DNA of 64,000 nucleotides from Leucoraja erinacea (taxonomy: Eukaryota): contig NC_073397.1 in the NCBI RefSeq assembly GCF_028641065.1, forward strand, positions 12,648,001-12,712,000, read 5' to 3'. The position numbers and the translations under genes were made by a program. Below are positions 51,861 through 63,835 of the stretch, piece after piece (the stretch's first letter is position 1; every line of letters starts with the position of its first letter). The notes under the pieces are model-generated. The model had not been told where the DNA came from. It made no database searches and was given only the letters and a program-made list of their open reading frames with translations.

Positions 51861-52212
51861 GAAACTTTAGAAAATGAAGGCCTTGCCGCCTCTCCTCCTG
51901 TTATCACTTTTCATCCCAGGAACCAGTCTGATGAATCTTGCTGCACTTTAGCAAGCACATCTTCCTTTGGGGAAGGAGATCAAGATGGTACACAATCTTA
52001 CTAGGGCCCTGTACAGTTGCCACAAAGTATTTATTCTTCCTCTTTAAACTTCTATTAAAATAAACAAAAAAAAAAAAAAGAAAATCAAAAAAAAAAACAA
52101 AAAAGAAACTTTAGAAAATGAAGGCCTTGCCGCCTCTCCTCCTGTTATCACTTTTCATCCCAGGAACCAGTCTGATGAATCTTGCTGCACTTTAGCAAGC
52201 ACATCTTCCTTT
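51861..52212 (+). repeat. 108-bp direct duplication (51861-51968, 52105-52212) separated by a CR1 remnant and poly(A)
   Basis: gaaactttagaaaatgaaggcc...cacatcttccttt occurs twice and appears identical. Confidence 0.9.
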
Positions 52213-52279
52213 TTGCAATGACCTGCAGCCAAGAACATACTGGTCCCTTGAAGATCAATCTTCCCCAATCTTTATACAG

Positions 52280-52772
52280 GTACTAAAGTGGACACTGCAT
52301 ATTCTGCATCAAGCTCCTTTTGCTATCCTTCCTGCGGCGACACACACGCACGCACGCACGCACACACACACACGCACGCACACACACACACATATATATT
52401 GGGGGGGGGGGGGGAGAAAAGAGAAGTATGAATAACCCGGGGGGGGTGGGGGGGGGCTGACGTAATTCGAGGCTCGTGGAATCTGTGTGTGAAACGGGCT
52501 CCGAGCCGAGCCAACCTCATTGTGACGTCATCAGTGGAAGCTGGTCGTTTTAAAAGGGAGTTTTTGTTTTGTTTTTTAATTTAGCAACGTCGAGAAATAA
52601 AGCATAAAACCTTCAGGGAAGCTGTTCACTGCTTAGAGGGGGAAAATGTGAATCAGAATATGTAAAAATTTAATCGTTACCGCATAGTGTTTTTGCGAAA
52701 ATCTAAAGACATGCACATATACACACATACAAGATTAGACTTTTAGAGTTATAAAAAAATATATACAGATAG
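52280..52772 (+). mobile_element. Possible Helitron/Helentron-like non-autonomous element with (CA/CACG)n microsatellite
   Basis: Internal microsatellite; 3' acatacaagattagacttttagagttata...agat; no TIR or TSD seen. Confidence 0.35.
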
Positions 52773-55064
52773 AGGCTCATGCTTGTCACTATCTATGATT
52801 GTGCGCGTGCGCTGTTCACATTAGTCTGTTTTATTATTCTGTCATATTAGTCATTACACCATATTCAGATGATAACCTATCAAAATTACCCATTTAAATG
52901 AAAACGTATTTTTACTGTTTGGACAATGGAGGTGATAGTTTGACTGCTCTGTGCACAGTGCTTCTGTTTGGCCCTAGTGCTATTGACTTTTGATCCCTTT
53001 ACACCAAAAAGCCAACCATGAATGACGGCTTACTATTCTGTATATTGTGTTTGGCATCCTCTCATACCTATTATGTTGTTCAGAAAAAAAATGATTACAA
53101 GCTACTATAATAAAAAAAAGGCAAACCTAATATTATGTAACTGATGTTCTGAAAGAAGCCAAGTGAAATGTTGTTTTTAGTTCCCTTCTGTGCATCAAAA
53201 TTCTATATTGTAAAATTAAGTTTGTATTTAGAGCAATTATGACATTTAACATGTTTTATGTAGCTACCACTTTTTAGTTTACAATATAGCATTGAGACAT
53301 CTGAAGCAATAGCAATAAGTAATAACTCATATTTAATGCATAAAAACTCAGATATTAGTGCAGATATAAGATGCAAAGGAATGATGGATATCTGAAATGA
53401 CACAATGTTGCGGAAATAAATATACCACAATTGGCGCTGAATTGGGCAAATTTCATGAATTGCTTGTAAGCATTCTCCTATGCTGATAAAAATGCCTTTT
53501 TACATACTGATTTATGAACTTGAGGATAGATTTGCTGGGTTTGCAGTAGGCATCCTTCTGCCAAGTGGCAATGATGCATTTCCATTTGCCTCTTTACCCT
53601 TGCCCCTCCCCTCTTCTCATTTCTCTCCCCACTGCTTCAATGAGGTACAGGAAATGGGATGGATTGAATAGAAATAAGAGTACTGACCTGACTAATTTTT
53701 TTTACTGTTATTTAGGCCGCCAGTCGGCCACTCTTCCTGTGCCTGCCCGCATGCTCCCTTTGCTGCTGATCCCCTTCCACAAATTCCGACCTGAGAACAC
53801 TACAAGTTGAGAACAGTTCTAGGGAAAGGAACAAACCTGGGGATTGCCTGTATCTCTGTCATCTCCATCCTGTCTCTTTAAATTATGCAGTCACCCTCCA
53901 TGCTTTATCAGTGATGGAGAAAATTCTAATGATCTTAAGAATGAAAGTGATTAACTTGGAAAAGTAAGGATTAATTGATGGCAAAATAGATTTTTTTTTT
54001 TTTTTAAATTTGTGTCTGCCAAGTTGTTTCAAGTGGAAGAATTAATGGACAATTTTGATAAAGGTTTTGCAGTTGATGATTATATGGGCCATCAAAAGCT
54101 CTTTGACAAAGGATAACATCGCAAAATTAGTATCTAAGGAATTGAGGGTTAATTGGCAGCATGGATGCAAAACTGATAGAGACAGAAAGCAGGCTCTCAT
54201 AGTGGCAATTGTTTTTTCCATATCAATGAGTTCACAAGTAATGTCCTCCAGGGACCATTGCTTGTTTAATATTAAATTACATGGACTTTGGTAGAATGGA
54301 TGCTGTGTAATGATACAAAAGTTTGAATAGTTAAAACAATGCTGGGTATAATGGGCATCATTAGGATGTAAACAGAAATGGACAGTCAATATTTCATACT
54401 GGAAGTTTGAAGTGATGCATTTCAAAATACAAAATAAAGCAATTAAAAAAAATAATAATAATAAAGGGCAAATACAGATGTTTGGCAACAGGATGAGTTG
54501 ACAAGACTGTACAGTAAGCACGTGAAAGTATGAAATCTTGTATTAGTAGAGGCGTTAAGTTACGTTAAGCATTTTTTTTTAATTGCCTTGTGCTCAGTTT
54601 TGGGAACCACTCTTTGGGAAGGATGTCAAGAATTTGGAGGAGATCCAGAGCAGATTTGCTGGAAAGTTTGTGTTGATTAGTGGGGTCAATTATATGATGA
54701 TTCTGGGGATTTTAAGGATTTCAAAACGTGTCCTCCCTGTTCTTTCTAGTTCAGAAAATGAAAAAGAATTATGACTGAGTGAGATACTGCAAATATCCAT
54801 TAATTGATAGGCGATTTAGTATAATATTTTAAAATCATGAAAAAAAAGTGAAAAAAGATTATTTCCACAAAATGAGGTCCATGACAAAGATTATTCAGTG
54901 GTTGATAAATGATTAAAATGGCTGAAAATTTGTGAAAAAGTAGATGGTAGGAAAAAACGTCACTATTTTAAAGGATATACGCAAACATGGAGATCCAGCT
55001 GATGTTAGTGGCATGGCCTCGCTTCTAGACATGAAATCAAAAACCATTTGAAGTGCACAATCTG

Positions 55065-55360
55065 AGTAGGCCTCGAGAGAGTGGATGTGGAGAGGATATT
55101 TCCAGTAGTGTGAAAGTCGAGGACCAGACGGCACATCCTAAGAATAAAAAGACGTATCTTTTAGTAAGGAGATTCGGCAGCTAATTTTCTTCAGTCAGAG
55201 GTGGGGAATTTGTGGAATTCATTGCCACAGGGTTTTCTGAAGGCCAAATCTTTGCTATTATTTAAAGGGAACGTTGATGGGTCTTGGTGAAAAGGGGGTC
55301 AAAGGTTATGGGGAGAAGGCAGGAGAATGGGATTGAGAGGGAAAGATAGATCGAGCATGA
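55065..55360 (+). mobile_element. CR1 3' fragment (indel-rich)
   Basis: gtggatgtggagaggatatttcca, tgtggaattcattgccacag, aggttatggggagaaggcaggag. Confidence 0.75.
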
Positions 55361-55711
55361 AAAATAAGACCGAAAACAAGGTGAAATTCATTGAGGCTGG
55401 CAAGTGTCTTGCACTGTAGAAACAACAAACTCGACCTAACCCGAACGTTGTCTATTATTGTGCTCTCTCCTGAGAACCTGCCTCACGCACTGAGCACTGT
55501 TCTTTTCGTGTTTTGAACTTTTCCTCAAAGTGGCGAAAGCTGATTATTGGAATATTTTCAGTGCAGTGATATACTTTTGATAACTGAAAGGTTACTGCAG
55601 GGAGACAGGAATATGGAGATGCGTTTGCAGTTGTTTATCTTGTTAAATGGCAGTACAGGCTTGAAGGGCAGAGTGGGTTGACACATGCTAATAAGTTCAT
55701 ACATTATTGGA

Positions 55712-55980
55712 CCAGAGGTAGGCCATTCGGTTCATCAAGTCTACTCTGCAATTCAATCATGGCTGATCTCTTTCCCTCTCAAATCTATTCTCTTGCCTTC
55801 CCCCAATATCCCTTGACACCCTTGTCAGTCAAGTATTTGTCAATCTCTGCCTTAAAAATACCCAATGACGGCTTCCACAGCTATCTGTGGCAATGAATTC
55901 CACAGATTCACCACTCTTTGACTGAAGAAATTCCTCCTCATCTTTCTAAAGGTATGTCCTTTTATTCAGAAGCTCTGGGT
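55712..55980 (-). mobile_element. CR1 3' fragment
   Basis: gtaggccattcgg, atcatggctgatc, tggcaatgaattccacagattcacc. Confidence 0.8.
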
Positions 55981-56931
55981 TTACGTACATTATAATATTG
56001 TGTGCTCTCTGAATGGAAGGGCTGAAATTAGCTTTTTATTTTGCTAACCTTGTTATTTCGGAATACAACTAGAAATGGCAACTGAAAATACAGTGTCACG
56101 TGGGACAAGCAGCCTTTTGTTGATGCATACAATTCCTTCTGGTAAACATAACTTGTGGAATATGTTGTTAAATAATGAGCCACAGCCCAGGAAGCAGATG
56201 GTGCAACTAAGTTTTCTGCAATTAAGTCACTGTCATTTCACTTTTTACAGATTCTATTTTTCATTCTCAATAGTTATGCAAAAGGTTTAACTAAAATTTC
56301 CATCCACTGAGAAACTTGTGAATATTTTTATGACCCAAAGTTAGTCACAATTGCCTTGAGGATTAATGCTTTAAACTGCAGTTGGCATGTTCAATCATTC
56401 ACGGATCATGCCCACAACACTACAAAAAGAAGGAAAAAAAGGTCAATTTGGTTAGAGTCAAAACATATGCAATGTGGAACTTTTTCCCTTGATTGGCTGC
56501 TGTAGTTTCTGAAAAACTCTGTAAACTTTTGACCTTCATCGGATGGAGCTACGTAGAATGCAGAGTAGTTGGCAAGAAGTAAAAATGTTGTTTTCCTGTG
56601 CTGTGTTGTGTGGAGTATGGGAACCAATAATGAAAACAACTGTTTTATATTCACTGACATTTAACAAGGAGAAGGGAAAAGATTGAAAATGTAGGTTTTG
56701 TTAAAGTTCTGAAGCTTTAATAATTCTGCACAAAGCTGACTCAGGCACATGGATCTCAACAAGGGCCTCTGGCGAAAGTGTGTTTATCCTCCAGTGCATT
56801 GTTTCTCTCCAGTGCATTGTTTCTCATTACTTTAAACGTAATGAGTTTAAATTATCGAAGCTTCACATAATGACAAATGGCCTATATTTGGAAATCTTTC
56901 AAAATCCCATTCTGGGGCGCATCTCAGTTGG

Positions 56932-57051
56932 TCTCTCTCTCTCTCTCGGTCTCGGTCTCTCTCGGTCTCCCTCTCTCTCGGTCTCCCTCCCTCTCCCTCT
57001 CCCTCTCCCTCTCCCCCTCCTCCTCCTCCCCCTCCCCTCCTCCCCCCTCCC
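56932..57051. repeat. (CT)n/(CTCCCT)n/(CCT)n polypyrimidine microsatellite
   Basis: Seen directly. Confidence 0.9.
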
Positions 57052-58503
57052 ATATAGAAACAAATTATATATTTTTTCTCAAAGCTTTAATTTAATATTT
57101 GTGTTATCTTTCTTTGGATCCAAAACGGTACCAATCTTCATTGTACAGTAATCGGAGGAACATGATGGTGTTTTAAGTCAGTATTTGACTCTTCCCTGTC
57201 ATTTTTCCATCTGAACCACCCACCCTTAACTCTCAGAAAACAGCAATGTCCCCCAGCATACCAATACCAACTGAGAAATTGTTTGATTATTACTGCTAAT
57301 TGTATGCTGAGCAATATACCTCACTTACTGCCTTTGATAGCTATTTATGAGTAAATCAAAATGTATATATTGAGACATCACATTTGAGTTAAATCTTGTC
57401 CTATTTAATATCGCATTTACAGGTGTAGAGATCACTAAGTCTGAAGAATGATCGTCCATCCATTTCTCTCAACAGATGCCATCTGTCCTGCTGAGCTCCT
57501 CCAGCATTTTGTTTTGCTGGAGACCACTAAATTATCTTTTTTAATTCCCCACCCTGTGACGCTGCCTCCTGCTACCCAGTTGAGATAAACAGATTGAGCA
57601 TGGATTGAGGAATGATCCTATCATATTGTTCCAATGTCTGTTATTTGTGCCATAAATAGTTGATTGTGGGGGAGTTGAAATAAGCTTGTTTCATATTTAG
57701 ATGAGAAAATAAAGAATACGATAATGTGTTGTGCACCAGTTTGTCCTTAACTATTATCTCTAATTTCCTTGTTCCAAAAAAAAAAATCCAACTGTAATTC
57801 AATTACGTTCGAATTATCCTGGCAGCGACCTCATAAATCTTCCCCACTGCAAATATATCTTTCTGTAGTGTGGTAACTAGAATAGTATACAGTACGCAGC
57901 ATTCTGCCCTCTAGTCATTTTATACCTGCATCAGTAGTGCTGTAGTCAGTCTGACAAACCTCTATTCACTGATGTGTATTTATAGATATCAATATTACAT
58001 AATTGAGATCCGTCTTATTTCTTGTTCCATGTCCGTCCCCACCCCCTAGCATCACACTCATACTTTTTGTCATTTGATTTGTGCTGGCATCTACATTTTC
58101 TCTACCACCACTCTTTCATCATTTAACATATTTCATTCCTAACTTCCATTTATGATGAAAAGTCATAAACCGGGAACAAATTATTTTTATCTTGCTTTGA
58201 GTAGTTCCACTGTTTTCCGTTATTACTCTAAAGTTCCTGTACGCATGGATTTTACCACAGTGCTGATAGAAATATAGTACTAGTGTATTCAAGTGAATTA
58301 TTTGTTTATTTTGAAATTTTACAATTTGCATTCAATATCTCCTGTTGGATAATACTGCTCTAAATCGTGTATTTTTTTTTCATGGAGTTTCTCACACCTT
58401 CCTGATGCCAGTCGAATGGGAAGTCGTAATTGTTATTCATGGAACTGCTTTGCAAACTCTACTTTGCTTTAGAAAGCTTCTTCAAACAGTTTTACATCAG
58501 CAA

Positions 58504-58786
58504 GTTTAGTTTGGAGATACGGTGTAGAAACAGGGCCTTCGTTCGGTCTAGCGATTCACGCACACTAACACTGTCCTAAAAGCACTTGGGGCAAATTACA
58601 ATTTTACCTAATCTAATTGACCTGTATGACTTTGGAATATGGGATTAAACCAGTGCACCAGGAGAAAACCCATGCAGGTCACTGGGAGAAAGTATAAACT
58701 CTACAGACAACATTCGTGTTCAGAATTGCATCCGGGACTGTGGCCTGTAATGCAGAAACTCTACCGCTGCGCCACCGTGCTGCCCC
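58504..58786 (-). mobile_element. HE1/V-SINE-type SINE
   Basis: tttagtttggagatac tail and ctctaccgctgcgccaccgtgctgccc head. Confidence 0.75.
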
Positions 58787-58976
58787 AAGTAATGTGCCAT
58801 TGTGAACAAATAACTTAAAGATTATCATTTCGGATTGTGGTCGGTATTAAAAAATTTTTTTTCACAAGATAGAGATGTCAGTAACAAGGCCAGGATTTAT
58901 AGCCTCCCTTCATTGTCCTTAAGGTGCTAGGACCACCTTTTTAAACCTTCCAGTACTCCTGGTGAAATTATTCTTA

Positions 58977-59660
58977 AGGCCCTGTCCCACTTACGTGTCC
59001 TTGGCACGCAAATTACGTGATCTCGTCATCGCATTGTGGCGCACTGGCATCGTGTGGCCGCGCGGGGCCGGTCCCACTGAGAAGCGCGGAGGGGTATGGA
59101 GTTGAGCGCGGTATCGCGCGACGCTCTGAAATTTTGTAGCGAACAAAATCTTTGTGCGCCACCAGCCTGTCGCGTAACTGACGGCCAAAGTGGGACAGGC
59201 CCAAGACCCTGGCGCGACGCAATGTCTAACCTCCAACAGCAGCAGAAGCAGGCAAAGGATCGCCGAGTTCGGCCTGGGGCTCAAGGCCGTTGCGGTCCGG
59301 ATCCACCCCCACTCCTCCTCCCAGAGCGGGGCCAAGAAAATTGAAGATAGACTCAAAATGCAGGAGTAACTCAGCGGGACCAGCAGCATCTCTGGAGAGA
59401 AGGAATGGATGACGTTTCGGTTCAAGACCCTTATTTCAGACTGAAGAAGGGTCTCGACCCGAAACGTCACCCATTCCTTCTCTCCAGAGATGCTGCCGGT
59501 CCCACTGAGTTACTCCTGCATTTTGTGTCCATTTTCAAATTACATCACGCGCTCCAGACGGCTGTGCGGACACATGAAGTCACTCGGGACCGTCGCGCCT
59601 CAACGCGACCACGAGGTCGCGTAATTAGTGTGCCAAGGACACACAAGTGGGACAGGGGCT
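58977..59660. mobile_element. PIF/Harbinger-type MITE containing a Penelope-derived hairpin
   Basis: TTA TSD (58974-76, 59661-63); ~65-bp imperfect TIR beginning ag(g/c)ccctgtcccactt. Confidence 0.85.
59436..59478 (+). ncRNA. Minimal type I hammerhead ribozyme-like motif
   Basis: CTGAAGA-A-GGGT-ctcg-ACCC-GAAA-C-GTC (59441-59468); palindromic ACGT in place of stem III; stem I is very weak; activity untested. Confidence 0.6.
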
Positions 59661-60080
59661 TTACTGTATTGGGTTGGAAGTTTAAGGATTTTGATATTGT
59701 GATGATCTATTTTTCCAGAACAGATATGACGTGCAATTTGGAGGGGAACCTGGTGATGATGCTGTTCCTATGTTTGCACTACTTTGGTGGTAGAGGTGAT
59801 GTATTGTCAGTGTGGCCTGGTGAATAATGCAGTTTATTTTGTTGATGGTAAACACTGCAATCCTGGTTTGCCAGTTGATTTGTCTGGTTGGTGCGAGCAG
59901 CATTCATTCAGGCAAATGGGAAGTTCCCAACTTGTCTCTGACCTGTGCCTTGTAGTGAAAAGGCTGAGAAGTGTCATGAGGTGCATCACTCAGCACAAGA
60001 TACACAGCTTCTGTTAGCTGTGATAATGTAGATGATCCAGTTGATTTTCTGGTCAATGCAGATCTCCACAATGTTGATGG

Positions 60081-60267
60081 ACACAAAAAGCTGGAGTAGC
60101 TCAGCAGGTCAGGCAGCATCTCTGGAGAGAAGGAATGGGTGACTTGAAGGAGGGTCTCAACCCGAAACACCACCCATTCCTTCTCTCCAGAGATGCTGCC
60201 TGTCCCGCTGAGTTACTCCAGCTTTTTGTGTCTATCTTTGGTTTAAACCAGCATCTGCAGTTCTTTC
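60081..60267. mobile_element. Palindromic Penelope-pLTR-derived insertion
   Basis: ~60-bp near-perfect inverted arms; flanking direct repeat ctccacaatgttgatgg (60064-80, 60268-84). Confidence 0.88.
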
Positions 60268-62583
60268 CTCCACAATGTTGATGGTGAAATACTATGCAAT
60301 GAGAATTCCTGGAATGCTATACTCTTTCATTGGAGATTATCATTGCTTGGTGGCTTTGTGGTGTGAATGTTACTTTCAAGCTTTCAGCCCTTTACCTGAC
60401 TGCTGTTTAATTCTTGTGTGTATGTGTGGGTTGCTTTGTTTACTGAGGAATTGTGAAAGGAGTTGAACATCAATGAACATCCCCATTTTGGACCAAAAGA
60501 AGGTGGTTTTGCAGCTGCTGAAGGTGACTCTGTCCCGCTAGGCTTGCTAATTTGACCCCCCCCCCAAAAGAAAGCTACAGGTATTACATAAACCATTGGA
60601 GTATTTTCCTCATGTCATTCATTAACTTCAATTTTGGAAGGACAGCCATTCTCTCATTGCATTAGGAATTCTGCTCTTTAATCCATGGTTGGACCAAGAT
60701 TCAAATGAGATGTGGAGTAGAGAGGTCCTGACAGAATCCAGACTCTGAATTAATGAGAAAATTATTGGAGAATAAAAATGTCTTGATAGCACTATCAAAG
60801 ACCACTTTATCAATTTAACGATGGAGAGTGGATTGATTGGATGGTAATTATCCAATTTGGATTTGTCTTGCTTTGGGACAGATGCACCTGGACTGAAAGG
60901 GGGAAATTTCCACAGTTAGTTCGATGCAGATATTGGAACAGCATGCATTAAGGTACAGCTAGCTGTGGAACACATCTCTTCAGTGTCACGTGTGCAACTG
61001 GTTGTCAACAGGTCCCGTAGCCATTGTTCTGTCCAATGCTATCAGCTGTTTCTTGATATCACTTGCCGATGCAATGGTGTGGACTTAGGAAGATGGATCA
61101 TCTACTCACTACTTCTGATTGTAGAATCTACTAGACCAAGACAATGATTGAACTGTGGAAAAGACTGGAAAATATTAGTAGTGCATGAAACGGGATCATC
61201 ATGTAAATTGACTGCAAATGTAGTGGGATGAGTGGGACCAGAATACGGGGGTGGGTCTCCTGCTTTTTTTTATATAAAATACGGCATGGAATCTTTTACA
61301 TCAGCTTAGACAGAGCCTTGCTTCAATGTTTTATCCAATAAACTGTATCTTTGGCATCTTGTCAGAACTCTAGTGGAGCATCAATTTCAATTTTTGCACT
61401 AGTCATCTGGGTTGTGTTTTTATGATCTGCAATCTACTGACTCTTGTTGGAAAAGCAAACAATCTGTATGCAGGTCATCCCAAGCTTATGAATACCTGAC
61501 TTGTGTACAACCTATACATATGAGCGAGTTTTTGGAACGGATGGGATGGATTTGCCAATTTTTGTGAGGCTGAAGGCATCTTCTGCTGTGTGGGAATTCT
61601 GCACACGATCGCTTTTCCAACGTGCAAACTGTGCCGCTTACGAGCTATTTTCAGGAATGGAACTCTGCTGTAACCAGAGGAGGACGTACATTGTGATAGC
61701 ACACTTGCAAATTTCTAATTGATTAATGCATAGTAATAATATTGTAAATACAATGAATGATGCCAACACAGAAGGCTTTTCAGCGCATGGCCATGCAGGC
61801 ACTTAAAAAGAGCTTAAATATTCATCTTTATTGATTGTACATTAACCAAGCATATTGGTTAGTATGGTATACAAATAATACTTGCGAGACAAGGAGAGAT
61901 CTCTACATATTATATGAATGTATTTTTATTCAAAGTGCAATCTCTAAATAGTTTCAATGATCTGCGCAAATTAATTTGTTTTCTGTACCTTCTGTTACTC
62001 TTCAAATCCGTGTAAATGACAACTGTGAGAGATCAGCGGAATTAATGAGAATAAATTTGAGAGAATTTTAGATTATTTTTACGATACCAGTTTAAGGGTA
62101 TTAATGCTGTGTGCATTTTCTCAACGTCCTGTGTACATAAAGACATATTTACAAATATTTGTTTTGTCTTGGTCACGCAACATGCATATGCAAAGCAGGA
62201 CTTCACTGTGGCCTCTTGTTCACCAAAGTAATATATTTGCATTTTAACAATATATAGTTTATTTTTCATTTTACACTGAGTTGCCTGTTTAGACAACATA
62301 ACAGCTACTATCCAAATGTCAAATGTTTCACTAATTGAATAGTTCACTCAAGTTTATGTTTTGTAATTTCATTTTTATGATTAATTGATGTCAGTTTCTG
62401 GTGACAGCATAAGTTTATATACCTGTTATGTTCAATGTCGTAATTTCGTTGGCAATCCATGGAACATGGGTAATGCATGTGCACATGAATATTGAGAGCA
62501 GTGTGTAGTTTGGTGCATTTTAGAATCTTAAGCGATTTCATAAAGGGAACATTTATGTGACGGGAAATTGCAAAAACTCAAAT

Positions 62584-62870
62584 TTTAGGTTAGAGATACA
62601 GTGTGGAAACAGGCCATTCGGCACACTGAGTGTCCGTCGACTAGCGATCCCTGTACACTATCCTGCACATTAGGGACAATTTAACTGATACCAATTAACC
62701 TACAAACCTATCTGTCTTTGGAGTGTGGGTGGAAACCGGACACCCGGAGAAAGCCCACAGAGTCAAGGGGTGAACGTCCAAACTCCATACAGACAGCACC
62801 TGGAGACAGAATCGAACCCGGGTCTGGCGATGTAAGGCACAGCAACTCTAACGCTGCATCACCGTACCAC
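62584..62870 (-). mobile_element. HE1/V-SINE-type SINE
   Basis: ttagagatacagtgtggaaacaggcc tail, ctttggagtgtgggtggaaaccgga, atcgaacccgggtc B-box. Confidence 0.85.
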
Positions 62871-63735
62871 AGTGAGCATTGGTTAATTTTTGTTGTTATG
62901 TACCTCTGGGGAATCCTGACAATTGATCAAGATTCCTTTTCAGTGACATAAGAAAATATTGTTAGAATATGTCACTTAAGTAGTGACTGCAGCCAAACTG
63001 GGATGATCAGTCGTATTTGGAACTTTGGTGCCAGACTGGCTGATTTTCCAAACTATTAGATATTATTTTTATTAATACCGCAGCACACTTCGATTAACTT
63101 TTTGCTAATGTATGCAACATTACAATTTTCAACTGAAGCAGGTGAGTGGAAAAGGAGTGTAGAACTCTGAGTGGAAAAGAAGCACAGCAAACCCATCACC
63201 TGGTAAGCCAGGTGCTAAATCATTAAGATTTCAAAACAATCAGATGGCAGGTATTTAGAATTTTACTTTATTTCAATTAAATGCAACTTAGATAGACCCC
63301 AAGTTATAGACAGTAGTAGAGAACGTAAGCATTGTAGAGAGCTCTCTGTAGGTGATTTCTATATTGCTCAGAAATGTCTGTTGTCTATGGCTACCCCTAT
63401 CATATCAATCAACATACACCTGCTATAATTCTTTAATTTCATCAAGCATTCACCCTAGCACTATGCATTATTAATCTAATGAAATATATACTGTGTCCAG
63501 TCATTAATGAACACCATGAAACATTAGTCATATAGTCGATTATTTTTACTATCTTAAAAAATGCTTCAAAAGCACAAGAAAACCAGTTTTAAGGCAAAAG
63601 CTTAGTAAATTATTTTTATATAATTGTCAATTCAATTTCCTATTCTCTGAAGCCAATAATAGATGGATGTTTACAAATACCGCTTATTCAGTTAAGAGGT
63701 AATTTCTAAGGATTTAGTGCAAATTGTGATTCTAA

Positions 63736-63835
63736 AGTCTGGAGAAGTGTCTCGACCCGAAATGACACCTATTCCTTTTCTCCAGAGATGCTGTCTATCC
63801 CGCTGAGATTACTCCAGCATTTTGTCTATATCCAG
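63736..63835 (+). mobile_element. Penelope pLTR fragment with degenerate hammerhead core
   Basis: gtctggagaagtgtctcgacccgaaatgacacc...ccagagatgctg...ttactccagcatttt. Confidence 0.75.

Larger units (their letters stand above)
58868..61100 (-). mobile_element. Old decayed CR1/L2-like LINE hosting younger insertions
   Basis: Minus-strand DNYHPINPLSIVKLI remnant; interrupted by the MITE and the pLTR hairpin; boundaries approximate. Confidence 0.5.

Noticed and set aside
54700-55560. Unusually scrambled CR1 and pLTR sequence
   Set aside because: Dense indels suggest low consensus quality or decay rather than biology.
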